Below, piece by piece: positions 1 to 10,973 of a DNA stretch of 64,000 nt (positions are counted from its first letter, which is position 1; every line of letters begins with the position of its first letter). The position numbers and the translations under genes were made by a program. A model generated the notes under the pieces. The model did not search any database. It had not been told where the DNA came from and saw nothing but the letters and a program-made list of their open reading frames with translations. The stretch covers positions 288,001-352,000 of the forward strand of contig CAXWPJ010000009.1 of assembly GCA_963664115.2 (NCBI GenBank), in the 5' to 3' direction. The stretch comes from Terriglobia bacterium (GTDB lineage Bacteria > Acidobacteriota > Terriglobia > 20CM-2-55-15).

Positions 1-10
1 TCCAGCTGAT

Positions 11-1618
11 TCAGCTGCTATCCGGCGCACTGGCGCGCGAAGCGGACCGCGGGGTCCGCTTTCGCCCCCAACCCCCGCCGCCGGGCGTCTCTATCGAGAG
101 CACATCTCCAGCCTCTGCACGGAGCGTAAACTTCGAGGGAAGTTCTTCGACCGATCCATTCTGACGCCGTATACGGTTTCGACCCGCGCGACCCGGCTTG
201 CCTCCTCTCAAACCGTACGGAACCGAGAGGCGTCGGTCAGAGAGAACGGTCAGTTGTGTCGGCGCCAGAAAGCGAATCTCGCGAACGATGCCGTCGCCTC
301 CGCGCCATCGGCCTTCTCCGCCTGAATCCGGGCGCAAGCCGTATTGTTCGATCCGAACCGGATAGGCGAATTCGATCGCTTCGATCGGCGTGTTCATTGA
401 ATTCGTCATGTGCGTGTGGACGCCGGATATCCCGTCCAAACCCGGTCGCGCACCCATCCCGCCGGCAATCGTCTCGTAGTAAGCGAACGGGTGCCCAGTG
501 ACGGCGTCCGTACCACCGAACGTCACGTTGTTCATCGTCCCCTGGCTGGCGGCCGGTATCCTGTCGGGCAATGCTTCGGCCAGGCATCGGTACAGGACGT
601 CCGCGATCCGCTGCGAAGTTTCTACGTTGCCGCCGGAAACGGCGGCAGGTGGACGGGCGTTGACGACGGTTCCTTCGGGCGCGACGATTTCCAGCGGACG
701 CATACCGCCCTCGGTCGAAGGGATAGAGACGGGAACGAGAGTCCGAAAAACATAGAACACAACGGACGCAGTGATCGCGTACACGGCATTGACGCTGCCG
801 GCAACCTGGGGATCGGTTCCGGAAAAATCGACGCGTGCCTTGCTCCCACGGATGTCGATCCGAACCCGTATCCTAATCGGATCCTCCGAGATGCCGTCGT
901 TGTCGAGTACGTCCTCCGCCCGGTACGTGCCGTTCGGGATCTGAGAGATCAGGTGTCGCGTCATCCGTTCGGTGTAGTTGAGGAGTTCTGAAATATAATT
1001 TTCGACTTCCTTCCAACCGTATTTCCCGACAACGTCCGACAGGCGCCTCTCTCCGGTACGATTCGCAGCCAGCATTGCCGCCATGTCACCCTCGCGCTCC
1101 CCCGGCGTACGGACGTTCGCCAGGACGATGTCCCACACGTCCCGGTTGATCTCGCCTCCAGTCATGAGCTTGACCGGAGGTATGCGCAGTCCTTCCTGAT
1201 AGATCTCCTCGGCCAGCGGCATCGAACCTGGGGACATCCCCCCAATATCGGAATGATGGGCACGGCACGCGACATAGAACAGCAGTTTTCGTTTTCGATA
1301 CACACCGGACACAAGAGTGATATCCGGAAGATGGGTGCCTCCTTCGTAAGGATCATTCAGAACGATCATGTCACCCGGACCGAGTGCCCGTTTCCTGATT
1401 GCCGCGGCAACGGAGAGCGGCATCGATCCCAGGTGGACCGGCATGTGGTCTCCCTGCGCAACCATCCGCCCGCGGTTATCGAAGACAGCGCAGGAATAAT
1501 CGCGCCTTTCTTTGATGTTGGGAGAGTACGCAGTCCGCCTGAGAGTCGCACCCATTTCCTCAGCGATCGAATGGAAGAGGCTCTTGAATATTTCCAGTTT
1601 TACCGGGTCAACCTTCAT
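11..1618 (-). CDS. Hydantoinase B / oxoprolinase family protein
   Basis: 535-aa ORF with family motifs RTAYSPNIKERRDYSCA, NDPYEGGTHLPD, HHSDIGG, TPGGGGWG. Confidence 0.92.
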   Translation of the reverse strand: MKVDPVKLEIFKSLFHSIAEEMGATLRRTAYSPNIKERRDYSCAVFDNRGRMVAQGDHMPVHLGSMPLSVAAAIRKRALGPGDMIVLNDPYEGGTHLPDITLVSGVYRKRKLLFYVACRAHHSDIGGMSPGSMPLAEEIYQEGLRIPPVKLMTGGEINRDVWDIVLANVRTPGEREGDMAAMLAANRTGERRLSDVVGKYGWKEVENYISELLNYTERMTRHLISQIPNGTYRAEDVLDNDGISEDPIRIRVRIDIRGSKARVDFSGTDPQVAGSVNAVYAITASVVFYVFRTLVPVSIPSTEGGMRPLEIVAPEGTVVNARPPAAVSGGNVETSQRIADVLYRCLAEALPDRIPAASQGTMNNVTFGGTDAVTGHPFAYYETIAGGMGARPGLDGISGVHTHMTNSMNTPIEAIEFAYPVRIEQYGLRPDSGGEGRWRGGDGIVREIRFLAPTQLTVLSDRRLSVPYGLRGGKPGRAGRNRIRRQNGSVEELPSKFTLRAEAGDVLSIETPGGGGWGRKRTPRSASRASAPDSS

Positions 1619-1632
1619 AGTCGTTTTTTTTC

Positions 1633-1710
1633 AACGCAGAGACGCAGAGGACGCAATGTATATATTTCCTGCTCTCATTTCTTTCTTTGCGCCATTGCGC
1701 CTTTGCGGTT
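1633..1710. repeat. Palindromic short-unit repeat (cgcagag / ctttgcg type)
   Basis: aacgcagagacgcagaggacgcaatg ... ctttgcgccattgcgcctttgcggtt: three ~9-nt units facing their imperfect reverse complements. Confidence 0.55.
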
Positions 1711-3687
1711 CATTCCCTTCTTCATAAGTACCAGGTTCCCAAATTTATCGACATCGCACTGGAATCTCGGGGGCACGAACGTAGTCGAGCTGTACTCGCC
1801 TATGATGGCGGGTCCCTTGATTACGTCTCCGTATGTCAACGACTGCCGGTCATGCACCTCGGCCTTCAGTCGGCCGCGCGCGAACCACAGAGGGGCGGTT
1901 TCGAGTGGAACCGGGTGGCGCCGAGAGCGGCGAAACGACGGCATTGCCGGCTTCGCGGTTTTTCCCGTAAGGGTCGACCGGACGCTGACGACTTCGAGAG
2001 TGCTGTCCGGATCGAAATGTCCATAACGCTTTTCATGCGTTCGGTGAAATTCGTCTTCCCATTTTTCGTCATAACGAATACTCAGTTCATACGATTGGCC
2101 GACGTAACGCACGTCCATAAAGTCCATCATCACGATGTCCTTCCGGCGGAAACCTTCTTCCTTCAAGTCCGCCAATCCCTCCCGATGCAATCCGGACAGG
2201 GCCTTCCGGATGTTCGACCGAGTCGGTCGGGTCCCGAGCAGAGTTTTCGAGTAGTCCTTGCGCGCATCGGCCAGAAGAAGTCCCAGGGCCGACAGGGCGC
2301 CCGGGTGCGGGGGAACGACGACACGGGGAATGCCGAGGCCCTCGGCCAATGTTGCAGCATGGAGTGCGCCTCCACCGCCGAAACACACCAATGTGAACTC
2401 GCGCACGTCGTGACCCCGCTCGATGGAAATCAGGCGGATGGCCTGCTCCATGTTGTTGTTGACGACGTCGATAACCCCGGCGGCCAAACTCTCGACATTC
2501 TTCCACTGACCGGTCGCCGTCATCCGTCGAAGAGCGGGTCCGATCCGTTCCGGTGCCAGCCGCATGCTGCCCCCGAGAAAAAAGCGCGGCAACAAACGCC
2601 CGAGGATGACGTTGGCATCGGTCACCGTAAAAGCGGTTCCCGTCCCGTAGCATATCGGTCCGGGTTCCGCACCTGCGCTTTCAGGACCCACGCGGAGCGC
2701 CCCACCAGCGTCGACTTCCGCAATCGAACCGCCGCCCGCCCCAACGGTATGGATGTCCATCATCGGAATACCGATGGGCATGCCTCCGACTTCGCCTTCG
2801 TGGCTGACCCGTATCGCGCCATCGAACAAAGCCACGTCCGTTGAAGTCCCGCCCATATCGAAAGTAATGATCTTCGAATACCCTGCCCGCTGAGCGAGGG
2901 AAAGGGCCCCGACTACACCACCCGCCGGTCCGGACAGAATCGTCCGGACGGGCTCTGCCACGGCTGTCTCCGTCTTGACCGTTCCTCCGTTCGACTGCAT
3001 GACGCGCAACCTCGTAGGGGAAAGCTCTCCTTCGAGGCGGCCCAGGTAGCGGCTCATGACGGGTGCGAGATAGGCGTTGATCAATGTCGTCGAAGTCCGT
3101 TCGTATTCACGGTACTCAGGAAGAATTACCGAAGACAAAGAAATCGGCACTTTGAGTTTTTCCAGGGCGTCCCGGAGCTGCAGTTCGTGAGATGGATTCT
3201 GAAACGAAAACAACAGCGATACCGCGATCGACTCGACCTTTGCCCTTCGAAGTCGCGATACCAGGTCCCGGAGTTCGGTCTGGCTCAACTCGACCGCATT
3301 CGTGCCGTCATGGAAGGTTCGCTGGCGAACACCGACACGAAGAGAGTCGTCAATCAAAGGCGGCAGACGGCTTGTAAAGATGTCGTAGAGATCCGGACGG
3401 GTCTGGCGTCCGATGATCAAGACGTCTTCAAAACCGGCCGTCGTCACCAGAGCGGTTCGAGCGCCTTTGCGTTCCAGCAAGGCGTTGGTGGCTACGGTGG
3501 ATCCGTGAACGATCTCAGCAATGGATTCGATATCAGAGTGCCCGGAAGTCTTGACCCGATCCAGACCCTTCAGGATGGCCTGTTCCGGAGCCTGCGGAGT
3601 GGACGGCTCCTTAAGAATTTCGATTCGGCCTTCTCGGATCGACACGAAATCCGTGAAGGTCCCCCCGGTATCGATACCGATTCGCAT
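1675..3687 (-). CDS. Hydantoinase A / oxoprolinase family protein
   Basis: 670 aa; GIDTGGTFTD, HGSTVATNALLERKG, DMGGTSTD, GAGGGSIA motifs; paired with the B subunit downstream. Confidence 0.92.
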   Translation of the reverse strand: MRIGIDTGGTFTDFVSIREGRIEILKEPSTPQAPEQAILKGLDRVKTSGHSDIESIAEIVHGSTVATNALLERKGARTALVTTAGFEDVLIIGRQTRPDLYDIFTSRLPPLIDDSLRVGVRQRTFHDGTNAVELSQTELRDLVSRLRRAKVESIAVSLLFSFQNPSHELQLRDALEKLKVPISLSSVILPEYREYERTSTTLINAYLAPVMSRYLGRLEGELSPTRLRVMQSNGGTVKTETAVAEPVRTILSGPAGGVVGALSLAQRAGYSKIITFDMGGTSTDVALFDGAIRVSHEGEVGGMPIGIPMMDIHTVGAGGGSIAEVDAGGALRVGPESAGAEPGPICYGTGTAFTVTDANVILGRLLPRFFLGGSMRLAPERIGPALRRMTATGQWKNVESLAAGVIDVVNNNMEQAIRLISIERGHDVREFTLVCFGGGGALHAATLAEGLGIPRVVVPPHPGALSALGLLLADARKDYSKTLLGTRPTRSNIRKALSGLHREGLADLKEEGFRRKDIVMMDFMDVRYVGQSYELSIRYDEKWEDEFHRTHEKRYGHFDPDSTLEVVSVRSTLTGKTAKPAMPSFRRSRRHPVPLETAPLWFARGRLKAEVHDRQSLTYGDVIKGPAIIGEYSSTTFVPPRFQCDVDKFGNLVLMKKGMNRKGAMAQRKK

Positions 3688-3986
3688 CGCGATCCATAGT
3701 AATGGATAAGGGGGCTAAGTGATCTCTTGAAAAGCCGCGCAAATTGTCACAGCCATCGGCAAGGCCCGTTCCTTCCGAATTATCTTCGCTTATCGTACGG
3801 TTTTTCACGTCTCGGTCCAGGTGCTGGATCTCAGTTTCCCCAGGCATAATTGGGAATCGAAGGCTGCGGTAGCCAGCGTGACGCGCTGGGGCGGGAACTT
3901 ACGCGTCGGGAAGCCCCCGTAAAGCAGTCGGAGGGCTGACAATTTCCCTAGGCCTTGGCTTCACGTCGACGTACACTCCCCGAATC

Positions 3987-4607
3987 ATGATGGTTTTCTG
4001 CAAGCGTTGCGGTGCGTACTCGAAAGAGGGTACGGCGCAATGCCCCAAGTGCGAGGCCGATCTATCCCAATTCGGACATGTCTCTTTTGGTGGCGGTGGA
4101 AGGGGCTCCTTCCAAGCCTCACAGGCGTCCCCTTCTCCCTCAAGCATTACGACTGATGAAGGCGCGTTGGCTTACGCGGGTTTCGGAAACCGGCTGCTGG
4201 CTTACTTGCTCGACGGCCTTATCGTTACCGTGGCCGAGAGCCTCTTTGTGGGTCTGGTCGCGGTCATCGTGGTCTTTGGGGTGGGCATGTCCGCAGTCGA
4301 TCCCTCCAATGTCATATTCCTTCTCTTTGCCGCGATAATTGCGATAGTCGTAACCTTGGGACCCCTGGCCTACGAAACAGTCATGATTTCACAGCAGGGC
4401 GCAACCTACGGCAAGGCGTTCCGGAAAGCAAAGGTCGTACGGACCAACGGTGATGCGGTTTCCTGGCAGCGCGCTCTGAGTCGGACGCTGCCGAAGGTGT
4501 TTCTGTCAGGCTTTCTCCTTGTGGGATTTTTGATGGCGCTGTTCACAGCCAAGAAGCAGACGCTTCATGACCTGATCGCCGACACGCTCGTAATTCAGCT
4601 TAATTGA
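3987..4607 (+). CDS. RDD family membrane protein with N-terminal zinc ribbon
   Basis: CKRCG...CPKC at the N-terminus; YAGFGNRLLAYLLD and KQTLHDLIADT RDD motifs. Confidence 0.85.
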   Translation: MMVFCKRCGAYSKEGTAQCPKCEADLSQFGHVSFGGGGRGSFQASQASPSPSSITTDEGALAYAGFGNRLLAYLLDGLIVTVAESLFVGLVAVIVVFGVGMSAVDPSNVIFLLFAAIIAIVVTLGPLAYETVMISQQGATYGKAFRKAKVVRTNGDAVSWQRALSRTLPKVFLSGFLLVGFLMALFTAKKQTLHDLIADTLVIQLN

Positions 4608-4751
4608 GAGCGGCGCTTCCCTTTCTTTCAGGCTGTCAATAATGGCTTCTGGAGGAACCGATCGGGAAGGTCGTAGAAACTCTCGAACCATCGTGCCCGC
4701 CGCAGGTGTAACACGGTACCTTAGTCACCCGAGGTTGAGCCAGGAGGTCAG

Positions 4752-5303
4752 ATGGGTACTACCGATCTCGTAGTTGAGTTGATGGTGATTGGAGTGGGTG
4801 CGGTTTTAGCCGTACTGCTCTCAGCGTTGGCGGTATTCGGAATTCCAAGTGTTCCTTTCGAGAACTTTCTGGCTGTTCAGACCGTCGTCCCGATACTGGC
4901 AATCAATTACGTGCTGGGAATCCTCATAGATCGTTTAGCTGATAAAGCTTTCGAAAGGTGGAGCACTGAGATCCGCAAGAACTACTTCCCGGGACCCGTG
5001 GAGTACCATGCCGCTCGTCGTACGATCCTGACGAAGTCTGAACCAATCGCCGCAGTCATGCGGTACGGGCGAAGCCGAATACGAGTCGTACGTGGATGGA
5101 CCTTGAACGGAGTACTGTTGGCGTTGTCGGGTACAGCGTTCATCGCTGTCCGGGTGGACGACATTGCACTTCTGTTGACCATCTATGTATTGTCCACCGC
5201 CGCACTGACCGGTGGGTGCCTGATGGCTTGGTACCGACTAAGCGACAATGAATATCTCAAAATCAGGGAAGCAGCCGCGTTCCTCAACGAAAACTCTTCG
5301 TGA
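4752..5303 (+). CDS. Hypothetical 4-TM membrane protein
   Basis: 183-aa ORF, AGGAGG RBS upstream, several hydrophobic segments. Confidence 0.65.
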   Translation: MGTTDLVVELMVIGVGAVLAVLLSALAVFGIPSVPFENFLAVQTVVPILAINYVLGILIDRLADKAFERWSTEIRKNYFPGPVEYHAARRTILTKSEPIAAVMRYGRSRIRVVRGWTLNGVLLALSGTAFIAVRVDDIALLLTIYVLSTAALTGGCLMAWYRLSDNEYLKIREAAAFLNENSS

Positions 5304-5397
5304 GTCGCAAACGCTCTAACGCGCCGATGGATAGACGCTGGCATGCCGGCCGCTCTTCGCCGATCCCTTATGCCTCCAGATCACGGTAACGAACACC

Positions 5398-6207
5398 ATG
5401 GATGTTGAAACCGATGACCTTCAAGCTCTCAAAGACGCGGTCGACATCCTTGAGAGTCCCAGTTTCGCAATTGAGCTGACGAACCTTATCGGAAAGCCAA
5501 TCGAGCGTGCCGTGGACAAACTCCCCGATGCCGTCTCCCGACGCATCGATGACGCTACACGGAACGCCCTGCAATCTTCCCTGCGCGTGGCCCTGTCCAC
5601 TATGAGCAATGAGCGTCATCTCAGACCGTCCAACACGACGCACAAGATCCTCACTACGCTCAGCGGTGCCGTTGGTGGTGCCTTTGGCCTTCCCGCATTG
5701 GCGATTGAGCTGCCCGTGTCAACAACCATCATGCTCCGTTCGATAGCGGATATTGCCCGTGGCGAAGGCGAGAATATTCGTGTCGCGGAAACTCAGCTCG
5801 CGTGCATCGAAGTGTTCGCACTTGGAGGGCACTCGGAATCCGACGACGGTGCGGAAACCGGGTACTACGCTACACGCGCCGCGCTGGCTCGAGCTGTTTC
5901 TGAAGCCGCGAAATACATAGCCAAAAAAGGGCTTGCAGCGGAGGGCGCGCCTGCGATTGTTCGTCTCATTACGAAGGTTGCCGCCCGGTTCAGTGTGCCG
6001 GTGTCCGAAAAGTTCGCTGCGCAGGCCGTACCCGCAATCGGCGGGGCCGGAGGTGCGGCGATCAATCTCGTATTCATCAATCATTTTCAAGATATGGCAC
6101 GTGGTCATTTCACCGTCAGGCGCTTGGAGCGGAAATACGGCGCAGAGATCATTCAGCGGAAATATGAAGAAATCTGTCGCGGTGACGCGAGTTCAGGTGG
6201 TGAATAG
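5398..6207 (+). CDS. EcsC family protein
   Basis: SGAVGGAFGLPALAIELPVSTTIMLRSIADIA and HFQDMARGHFTVRRLERKYG are typical of the family. Confidence 0.85.
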   Translation: MDVETDDLQALKDAVDILESPSFAIELTNLIGKPIERAVDKLPDAVSRRIDDATRNALQSSLRVALSTMSNERHLRPSNTTHKILTTLSGAVGGAFGLPALAIELPVSTTIMLRSIADIARGEGENIRVAETQLACIEVFALGGHSESDDGAETGYYATRAALARAVSEAAKYIAKKGLAAEGAPAIVRLITKVAARFSVPVSEKFAAQAVPAIGGAGGAAINLVFINHFQDMARGHFTVRRLERKYGAEIIQRKYEEICRGDASSGGE

Positions 6208-6264
6208 CACGGCAATGAAGCTGGCAGTCCGAAAACGCGGTAGTTGGAGCGGCGAGATGCCCAG

Positions 6265-6699
6265 CTAAGCGGGGGGCTTCATGTCCTCTGGCGCCACGTC
6301 ACGCACATGCTGCGCAAAGTACCAGTGGTGCCCGTCCGGGTCTTCGGTCCCGTAGCGTCGGTCACCGCAAAACTGGTCCTCCGGTTCCTCGAGAATCCTC
6401 GCCCCGGACTCTTTCGCTTGTCGAAAATGCACGTCCACGTCGTCCACGAAAACGTAGAGGCTCTGGGTCGCCTGGCCGAGTTCGGTCGGATTCCGGTAGT
6501 CCGGTGTCGGGCACCCGAGCATGATTACGCCGTCTGCACACTCCATCTCTGCGTGCATGATCCCTCCGTCGGGACCCGGCATTCGTATTCGTTCCTCAAA
6601 TCCGAAAGCTCGTGCGAGCCATTCCAGCGCCGTAGCCACGTCCTTGTAGTACAGGTAGGGAGTGATGCGGGACATGTGCTCCGGGGGGTTTGCGGGCAT
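6265..6699 (-). CDS. VOC / glyoxalase-bleomycin resistance family protein
   Basis: ITPYLYYKD, HAEM, EDPDGHHWYF motifs; start moved to ATG 6699 behind AGGAGG. Confidence 0.85.
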   Translation of the reverse strand: MPANPPEHMSRITPYLYYKDVATALEWLARAFGFEERIRMPGPDGGIMHAEMECADGVIMLGCPTPDYRNPTELGQATQSLYVFVDDVDVHFRQAKESGARILEEPEDQFCGDRRYGTEDPDGHHWYFAQHVRDVAPEDMKPPA

Positions 6700-6958
6700 T
6701 GAGGATCCTCCTATTCGTTTGGGGCAGCATACCACCAGGCTCCGAGAGTCAGCTGAGTCTTCGGGAGCAGAACCTGCAGGGCTCCAGGTCATGGGTCAAT
6801 AGAACTGGACGGGGACTTGTTGACAAACCCAGCAAAGCCTTGTGAAATGCGTTAGGCGGATGTTCAAAAGCACCCACCGCCCTCTCAGAAAATTCCGGGA
6901 GATTGTCATGTGCTCATCTTGATTGATGAGCCCTTCAGCATTTGTCTGGAGACTAGAG

Positions 6959-7459
6959 ATGGAATTTCAGTTCAAGCCTTTATCCGGAGAAACCATACCC
7001 CGGGATCTCCAACGAGCAAAAGAATACCGCCTTTTGAACGAACCCGAGCAGGCCGAGAGTATCTGCCTGGACGTTCTCGCTATCGATCCCGAAAACCAGG
7101 AGGCGCTCGTCTTACTCCTGCTGGCACTCACGGACGAGTTCTCTCATGCGGAACGCGAAACCTATAGACGGGCCCAAGACCTGATTCCCAAGATTCGAGA
7201 TGCGTATCAAAAAACCTATTATTCAGGCCTCATCTTTGAGAGACGGGGCCGAGCGCATCTCAAGCAGGGATCCCACGGGTCCGGATACGTCGCCTACGAT
7301 TGGCTCCAGAAGGCCATGGACTGGTACGAGAAATCGGAGACGAGCCGCCCCCCAGGTAACGACGACGCGCTGTTGAGGTGGAACGCCTGCGCCCGCACCA
7401 TCATCGAGCATGAGCTCGAAGCCGCAATCGAAGACACGATCCAGCCATTTCTGGAATAG
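6959..7459 (+). CDS. Conserved hypothetical helical (TPR-like) protein
   Basis: YRLLNEPEQAESICLDVL...DDALLRWNACAR; start at ATG 6959 behind GGAG; ends 8 nt before sdhC. Confidence 0.7.
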   Translation: MEFQFKPLSGETIPRDLQRAKEYRLLNEPEQAESICLDVLAIDPENQEALVLLLLALTDEFSHAERETYRRAQDLIPKIRDAYQKTYYSGLIFERRGRAHLKQGSHGSGYVAYDWLQKAMDWYEKSETSRPPGNDDALLRWNACARTIIEHELEAAIEDTIQPFLE

Positions 7460-7467
7460 AAAGCGCT

Positions 7468-8130
7468 ATGTGGATTCTCCGCTTCTATCGTTCATCGCTC
7501 GGCAAAAAGGTCGTGATGGTCGCGACAGGCATCGCCCTTTTCGGGTTCATCGTTGGGCACCTGGCCGGAAATCTCCAGATCTTTGCGGGACCGGAGACGC
7601 TCGATGCTTACGCAAAGCTGCTGAAGGAAACACCAAAGTTACTCTGGACCACTCGACTCGCCCTTGCCGGCGCGGTCGGCTTGCACTTTCTGGCCGCAGC
7701 GCAACTTGCGATAAGGAACCGATCCGCCCGGCCGGTGCGTTACAGACGTCACAAGTACCGAGACGCGAGTTACGCATCCCGCACGATGGTTTGGAGCGGA
7801 CCCATCATTGCGCTTTTCGTCGTTTACCACCTCTTGCATTTTACGGTCGGCTCAGTGCATCCATCGTACCCAAACTTCAACCCGGAAACCGTGTATCAGA
7901 ATGTAATCACCGGGTTCCAGCAGTGGCCGGTAGCACTGTTCTACGTCGCTGCCGTGTTGAGCCTCGGACTGCACATGGGCCATGGGATCTGGAGCATGTT
8001 TCAATCCATCGGTCTGAATCACTCCAAATATGATCCGCTCGTGCGGCGCGGATCCATCATCATCAGCTCTTTCATCGTCGTCGGCTACTTGTCCATTCCG
8101 TTGGCCGTGCTGATCGGCGTCGTGAGCTGA
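7468..8130 (+). CDS. sdhC: Succinate dehydrogenase/fumarate reductase cytochrome b subunit (single-subunit b558-type anchor)
   Basis: [17 protein letters not shown], five TM helices with His ligands; precedes flavoprotein and Fe-S genes. Confidence 0.9.
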   Translation: MWILRFYRSSLGKKVVMVATGIALFGFIVGHLAGNLQIFAGPETLDAYAKLLKETPKLLWTTRLALAGAVGLHFLAAAQLAIRNRSARPVRYRRHKYRDASYASRTMVWSGPIIALFVVYHLLHFTVGSVHPSYPNFNPETVYQNVITGFQQWPVALFYVAAVLSLGLHMGHGIWSMFQSIGLNHSKYDPLVRRGSIIISSFIVVGYLSIPLAVLIGVVS

Positions 8131-8135
8131 CTCAG

Positions 8136-10052
8136 ATGATAAAACTCGATACGAAAATTCCGTCGGGCCCTCTCGAAAAGAAGTGGGATCGCCGACAGTT
8201 TCGGCTGAGGCTCGTCAATCCTGCAAACAAACGCCGGTACAACGTTGTTGTCGTCGGCTCTGGGCTGGCGGGTGCGTCAGCGGCGGCGTCCCTGGCCGAA
8301 CTCGGTTACAACGTAAAGTGCTTCTGTTACCAGGACAGCCCCCGTCGGGCACACAGTATCGCGGCCCAAGGCGGAATCAACGCCGCCAAGAACTACCAGA
8401 ACGACGGCGACAGCGTATTTCGTCTTTTCTACGACACGATCAAAGGTGGAGATTACCGGTCCCGTGAGGCAAACGTCTATCGTCTGGCTCAGATCAGCCG
8501 CAGCATCATCGACCAATGTGTCGCCCAAGGTGTTCCTTTTGCGCGCGAGTACGGCGGCGGTCTGTCGAACCGTTCTTTCGGCGGGGCCCAGGTTTCTCGG
8601 ACGTTCTACGCCCGAGGCCAGACCGGACAACAGTTGCTGCTGGGTGCCTATCAGGCTCTCTCAAGACAGATAGGGGCGGGGCGTGTCCAGATGAACTCGC
8701 GTACGGAGATGCTCGATCTGGTCGTCGTGGACGGTCACGCTCGCGGCATAGTTACCCGGGATATGGTCACCGGGAAGATCGAATCACATGCGGCTGACGC
8801 CGTTGTCCTCTGTACTGGCGGCTACGGCAACGTGTTTTACCTTTCGACCAACGCTAAAGGATGCAACGCGACGGCCATCTGGCGTGCCTACAAACGCGGC
8901 GCGGCTCTGGCCAACCCATGCCTTACTCAAATCCATCCGACCTGCATCCCCGTATCCGGAAAGCATCAGTCGAAACTCACGCTGATGAGTGAATCCCTTC
9001 GTAACGATGGCCGTATCTGGGTGCCGCTGAAAAAAGGGGACACACGGTCTCCCGCGAACATTCCCGGGGCAGAGCGCGACTACTATTTAGAGCGCAGGTA
9101 TCCCAGCTTCGGAAACCTCGTTCCGCGCGACGTGGCTTCTCGTGCAGCGAAAGCAGTCTGTGACGACGGCCGTGGTGTGGGTTCGACGGGCCTGGGCGTG
9201 TACCTCGATTTCGCCGACGCTATCGGACGTCTTGGCGAGGAAACAATCCGGGAACGCTATGGCAACCTTTTCCACATGTATGCCCGCATCACCGATGAGG
9301 ATCCCTACAAATCGCCGATGCGGATCTATCCCGCCGTTCATTACGTCATGGGCGGCCTCTGGGTCGATTACAACTTGATGAGTACGATCCCGGGCCTGTT
9401 CGTTGCCGGAGAGGCGAACTTTTCCGATCACGGAGCCAACCGACTCGGAGCCAGCGCACTGATGCAGGGTTTGGCCGACGGCTACTTCATCATTCCATAT
9501 ACGATTGGCGACTATTTGGCACGATCCGGGAGCGATCGAATCGAAACTGACCACGACGAGTTCAAGCGCGTCGGACAAGAGGTGAACGAGCGAACCCGAA
9601 AGTTTCTGGCGATCCGTGGAACGCGTACCGTCGACAGCTTCCACCGTGAACTGGGCGATCTCATGTGGAATTGTTGCGGGATGTCCCGGAACGCGAAAGG
9701 TCTTCAACATGCGCTTGAGAAGATACCTTCCCTGCGCCAGGAATACTGGGAAAATGTCCGCGTGCTCGGAACCCACGAGGAACTCAACCACTCACTGGAA
9801 CGCGCGGGGCGTGTCGCTGACTTCCTGGAATTGGCGGAGCTGATGTGCCGCGATGCGCTGGAAAGGAACGAGTCGGCCGGTTGCCACTTCCGCGAAGAAC
9901 ACCAAACGCCAGACGGGGAAGCGCTGCGAAATGACGAGGCCTTTTCCCATGTTGCTGCCTGGGAGTACAAGGGAGACAGCGTAATTCCCGTACTGCATAA
10001 AGAGTCCCTTGCGTTTGATTTTGTCACTCCAACACAGAGGAGCTACCGGTAG
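8136..10052 (+). CDS. sdhA: Succinate dehydrogenase/fumarate reductase flavoprotein subunit
   Basis: GSGLAG FAD motif, [13 protein letters not shown] covalent-FAD His, [16 protein letters not shown]. Confidence 0.95.
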   Translation: MIKLDTKIPSGPLEKKWDRRQFRLRLVNPANKRRYNVVVVGSGLAGASAAASLAELGYNVKCFCYQDSPRRAHSIAAQGGINAAKNYQNDGDSVFRLFYDTIKGGDYRSREANVYRLAQISRSIIDQCVAQGVPFAREYGGGLSNRSFGGAQVSRTFYARGQTGQQLLLGAYQALSRQIGAGRVQMNSRTEMLDLVVVDGHARGIVTRDMVTGKIESHAADAVVLCTGGYGNVFYLSTNAKGCNATAIWRAYKRGAALANPCLTQIHPTCIPVSGKHQSKLTLMSESLRNDGRIWVPLKKGDTRSPANIPGAERDYYLERRYPSFGNLVPRDVASRAAKAVCDDGRGVGSTGLGVYLDFADAIGRLGEETIRERYGNLFHMYARITDEDPYKSPMRIYPAVHYVMGGLWVDYNLMSTIPGLFVAGEANFSDHGANRLGASALMQGLADGYFIIPYTIGDYLARSGSDRIETDHDEFKRVGQEVNERTRKFLAIRGTRTVDSFHRELGDLMWNCCGMSRNAKGLQHALEKIPSLRQEYWENVRVLGTHEELNHSLERAGRVADFLELAELMCRDALERNESAGCHFREEHQTPDGEALRNDEAFSHVAAWEYKGDSVIPVLHKESLAFDFVTPTQRSYR

Positions 10053-10807
10053 TGAATTTAACACTCCAGGTGTGGCGCCAGAAAAACGCGGAGTACCCGG
10101 GAGCATTTGTGACATACCCGGCCCGCAACGTCAGCCCGGATATGTCGTTCCTGGAGATGTTGGATGTCGTCAATGAGGACTTGATCCGGGAAGGAGAAGG
10201 CCCGATCGCCTTCGACTACGACTGCCGTGAAGGAATCTGTGGAACGTGTGGAGTCGTCATTAACGGACGACCCCACGGACCGTCACCTGCGACAACGACC
10301 TGTCAACTCCATATGCGGCTGTTCAATGACGGCGATACGATCACAATTGAACCCTGGAGGGCCAGGGCCTTTCCTGTCATCAAGGACCTTGTTGTTGATC
10401 GGCAAGCATTTGATCGGATCATTCAATCCGGAGGCTACATCTCAATTTCGGCCGGGAGCGCGCCCGAAGCCAACGCCATTCCGATACCAAAGGAAACGGC
10501 CGAACTGGCGATGGACGCGGCTTCCTGCATCGGTTGCGGGGCCTGCGTCGCAGCCTGTCCCAATGCATCCGCGATGCTGTTCACGGCGGCGAAAATATCC
10601 CATCTTGGCCTGCTGCCCCAAGGTCAATCCGAGCGCTATGGACGTGCACTGAAGATGGTTGCGACGATGGACCAGGAGCTGTTCGGCGCTTGCACAAACA
10701 CTGGCGAGTGTGAGGCTGCCTGTCCGAAAGAGATATCAATCGAGTGGATCGCACGTATGAACAAGGATTATTTAAAGGCTTCCATCACATCGCGCTCCGA
10801 GACATAA
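10052..10807 (+). CDS. sdhB: Succinate dehydrogenase/fumarate reductase iron-sulfur subunit
   Basis: [33 protein letters not shown] cluster motifs. Confidence 0.95.
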   Translation: MNLTLQVWRQKNAEYPGAFVTYPARNVSPDMSFLEMLDVVNEDLIREGEGPIAFDYDCREGICGTCGVVINGRPHGPSPATTTCQLHMRLFNDGDTITIEPWRARAFPVIKDLVVDRQAFDRIIQSGGYISISAGSAPEANAIPIPKETAELAMDAASCIGCGACVAACPNASAMLFTAAKISHLGLLPQGQSERYGRALKMVATMDQELFGACTNTGECEAACPKEISIEWIARMNKDYLKASITSRSET

Positions 10808-10881
10808 CAGGAGTCGGATACGACTTCATTGAAAAGACCAAAGCTCAACATTCCGCAATTCATCACTTTGCAGCCGGCCTC

Positions 10882-10911
10882 TTGACAAGCGCGCGTAACA
10901 ACGTGTAGATT
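10882..10911 (+). promoter_or_regulatory. Putative sigma70 promoter for frdABCD
   Basis: TTGACA (10882-10887), 18-nt spacer, TAGATT (10906-10911). Confidence 0.45.
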
Positions 10912-10973
10912 CTCGACGGTTTACTGATCGAAAAAGCCGTTTTACGATTTCTTTTATAGGGCGCGGAGGGGTA

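Noticed and set aside
1687-2844. 385-aa plus-strand ORF and similar antisense ORFs across the window
   Set aside because: They lie opposite well-supported genes, which is expected in GC-rich DNA.
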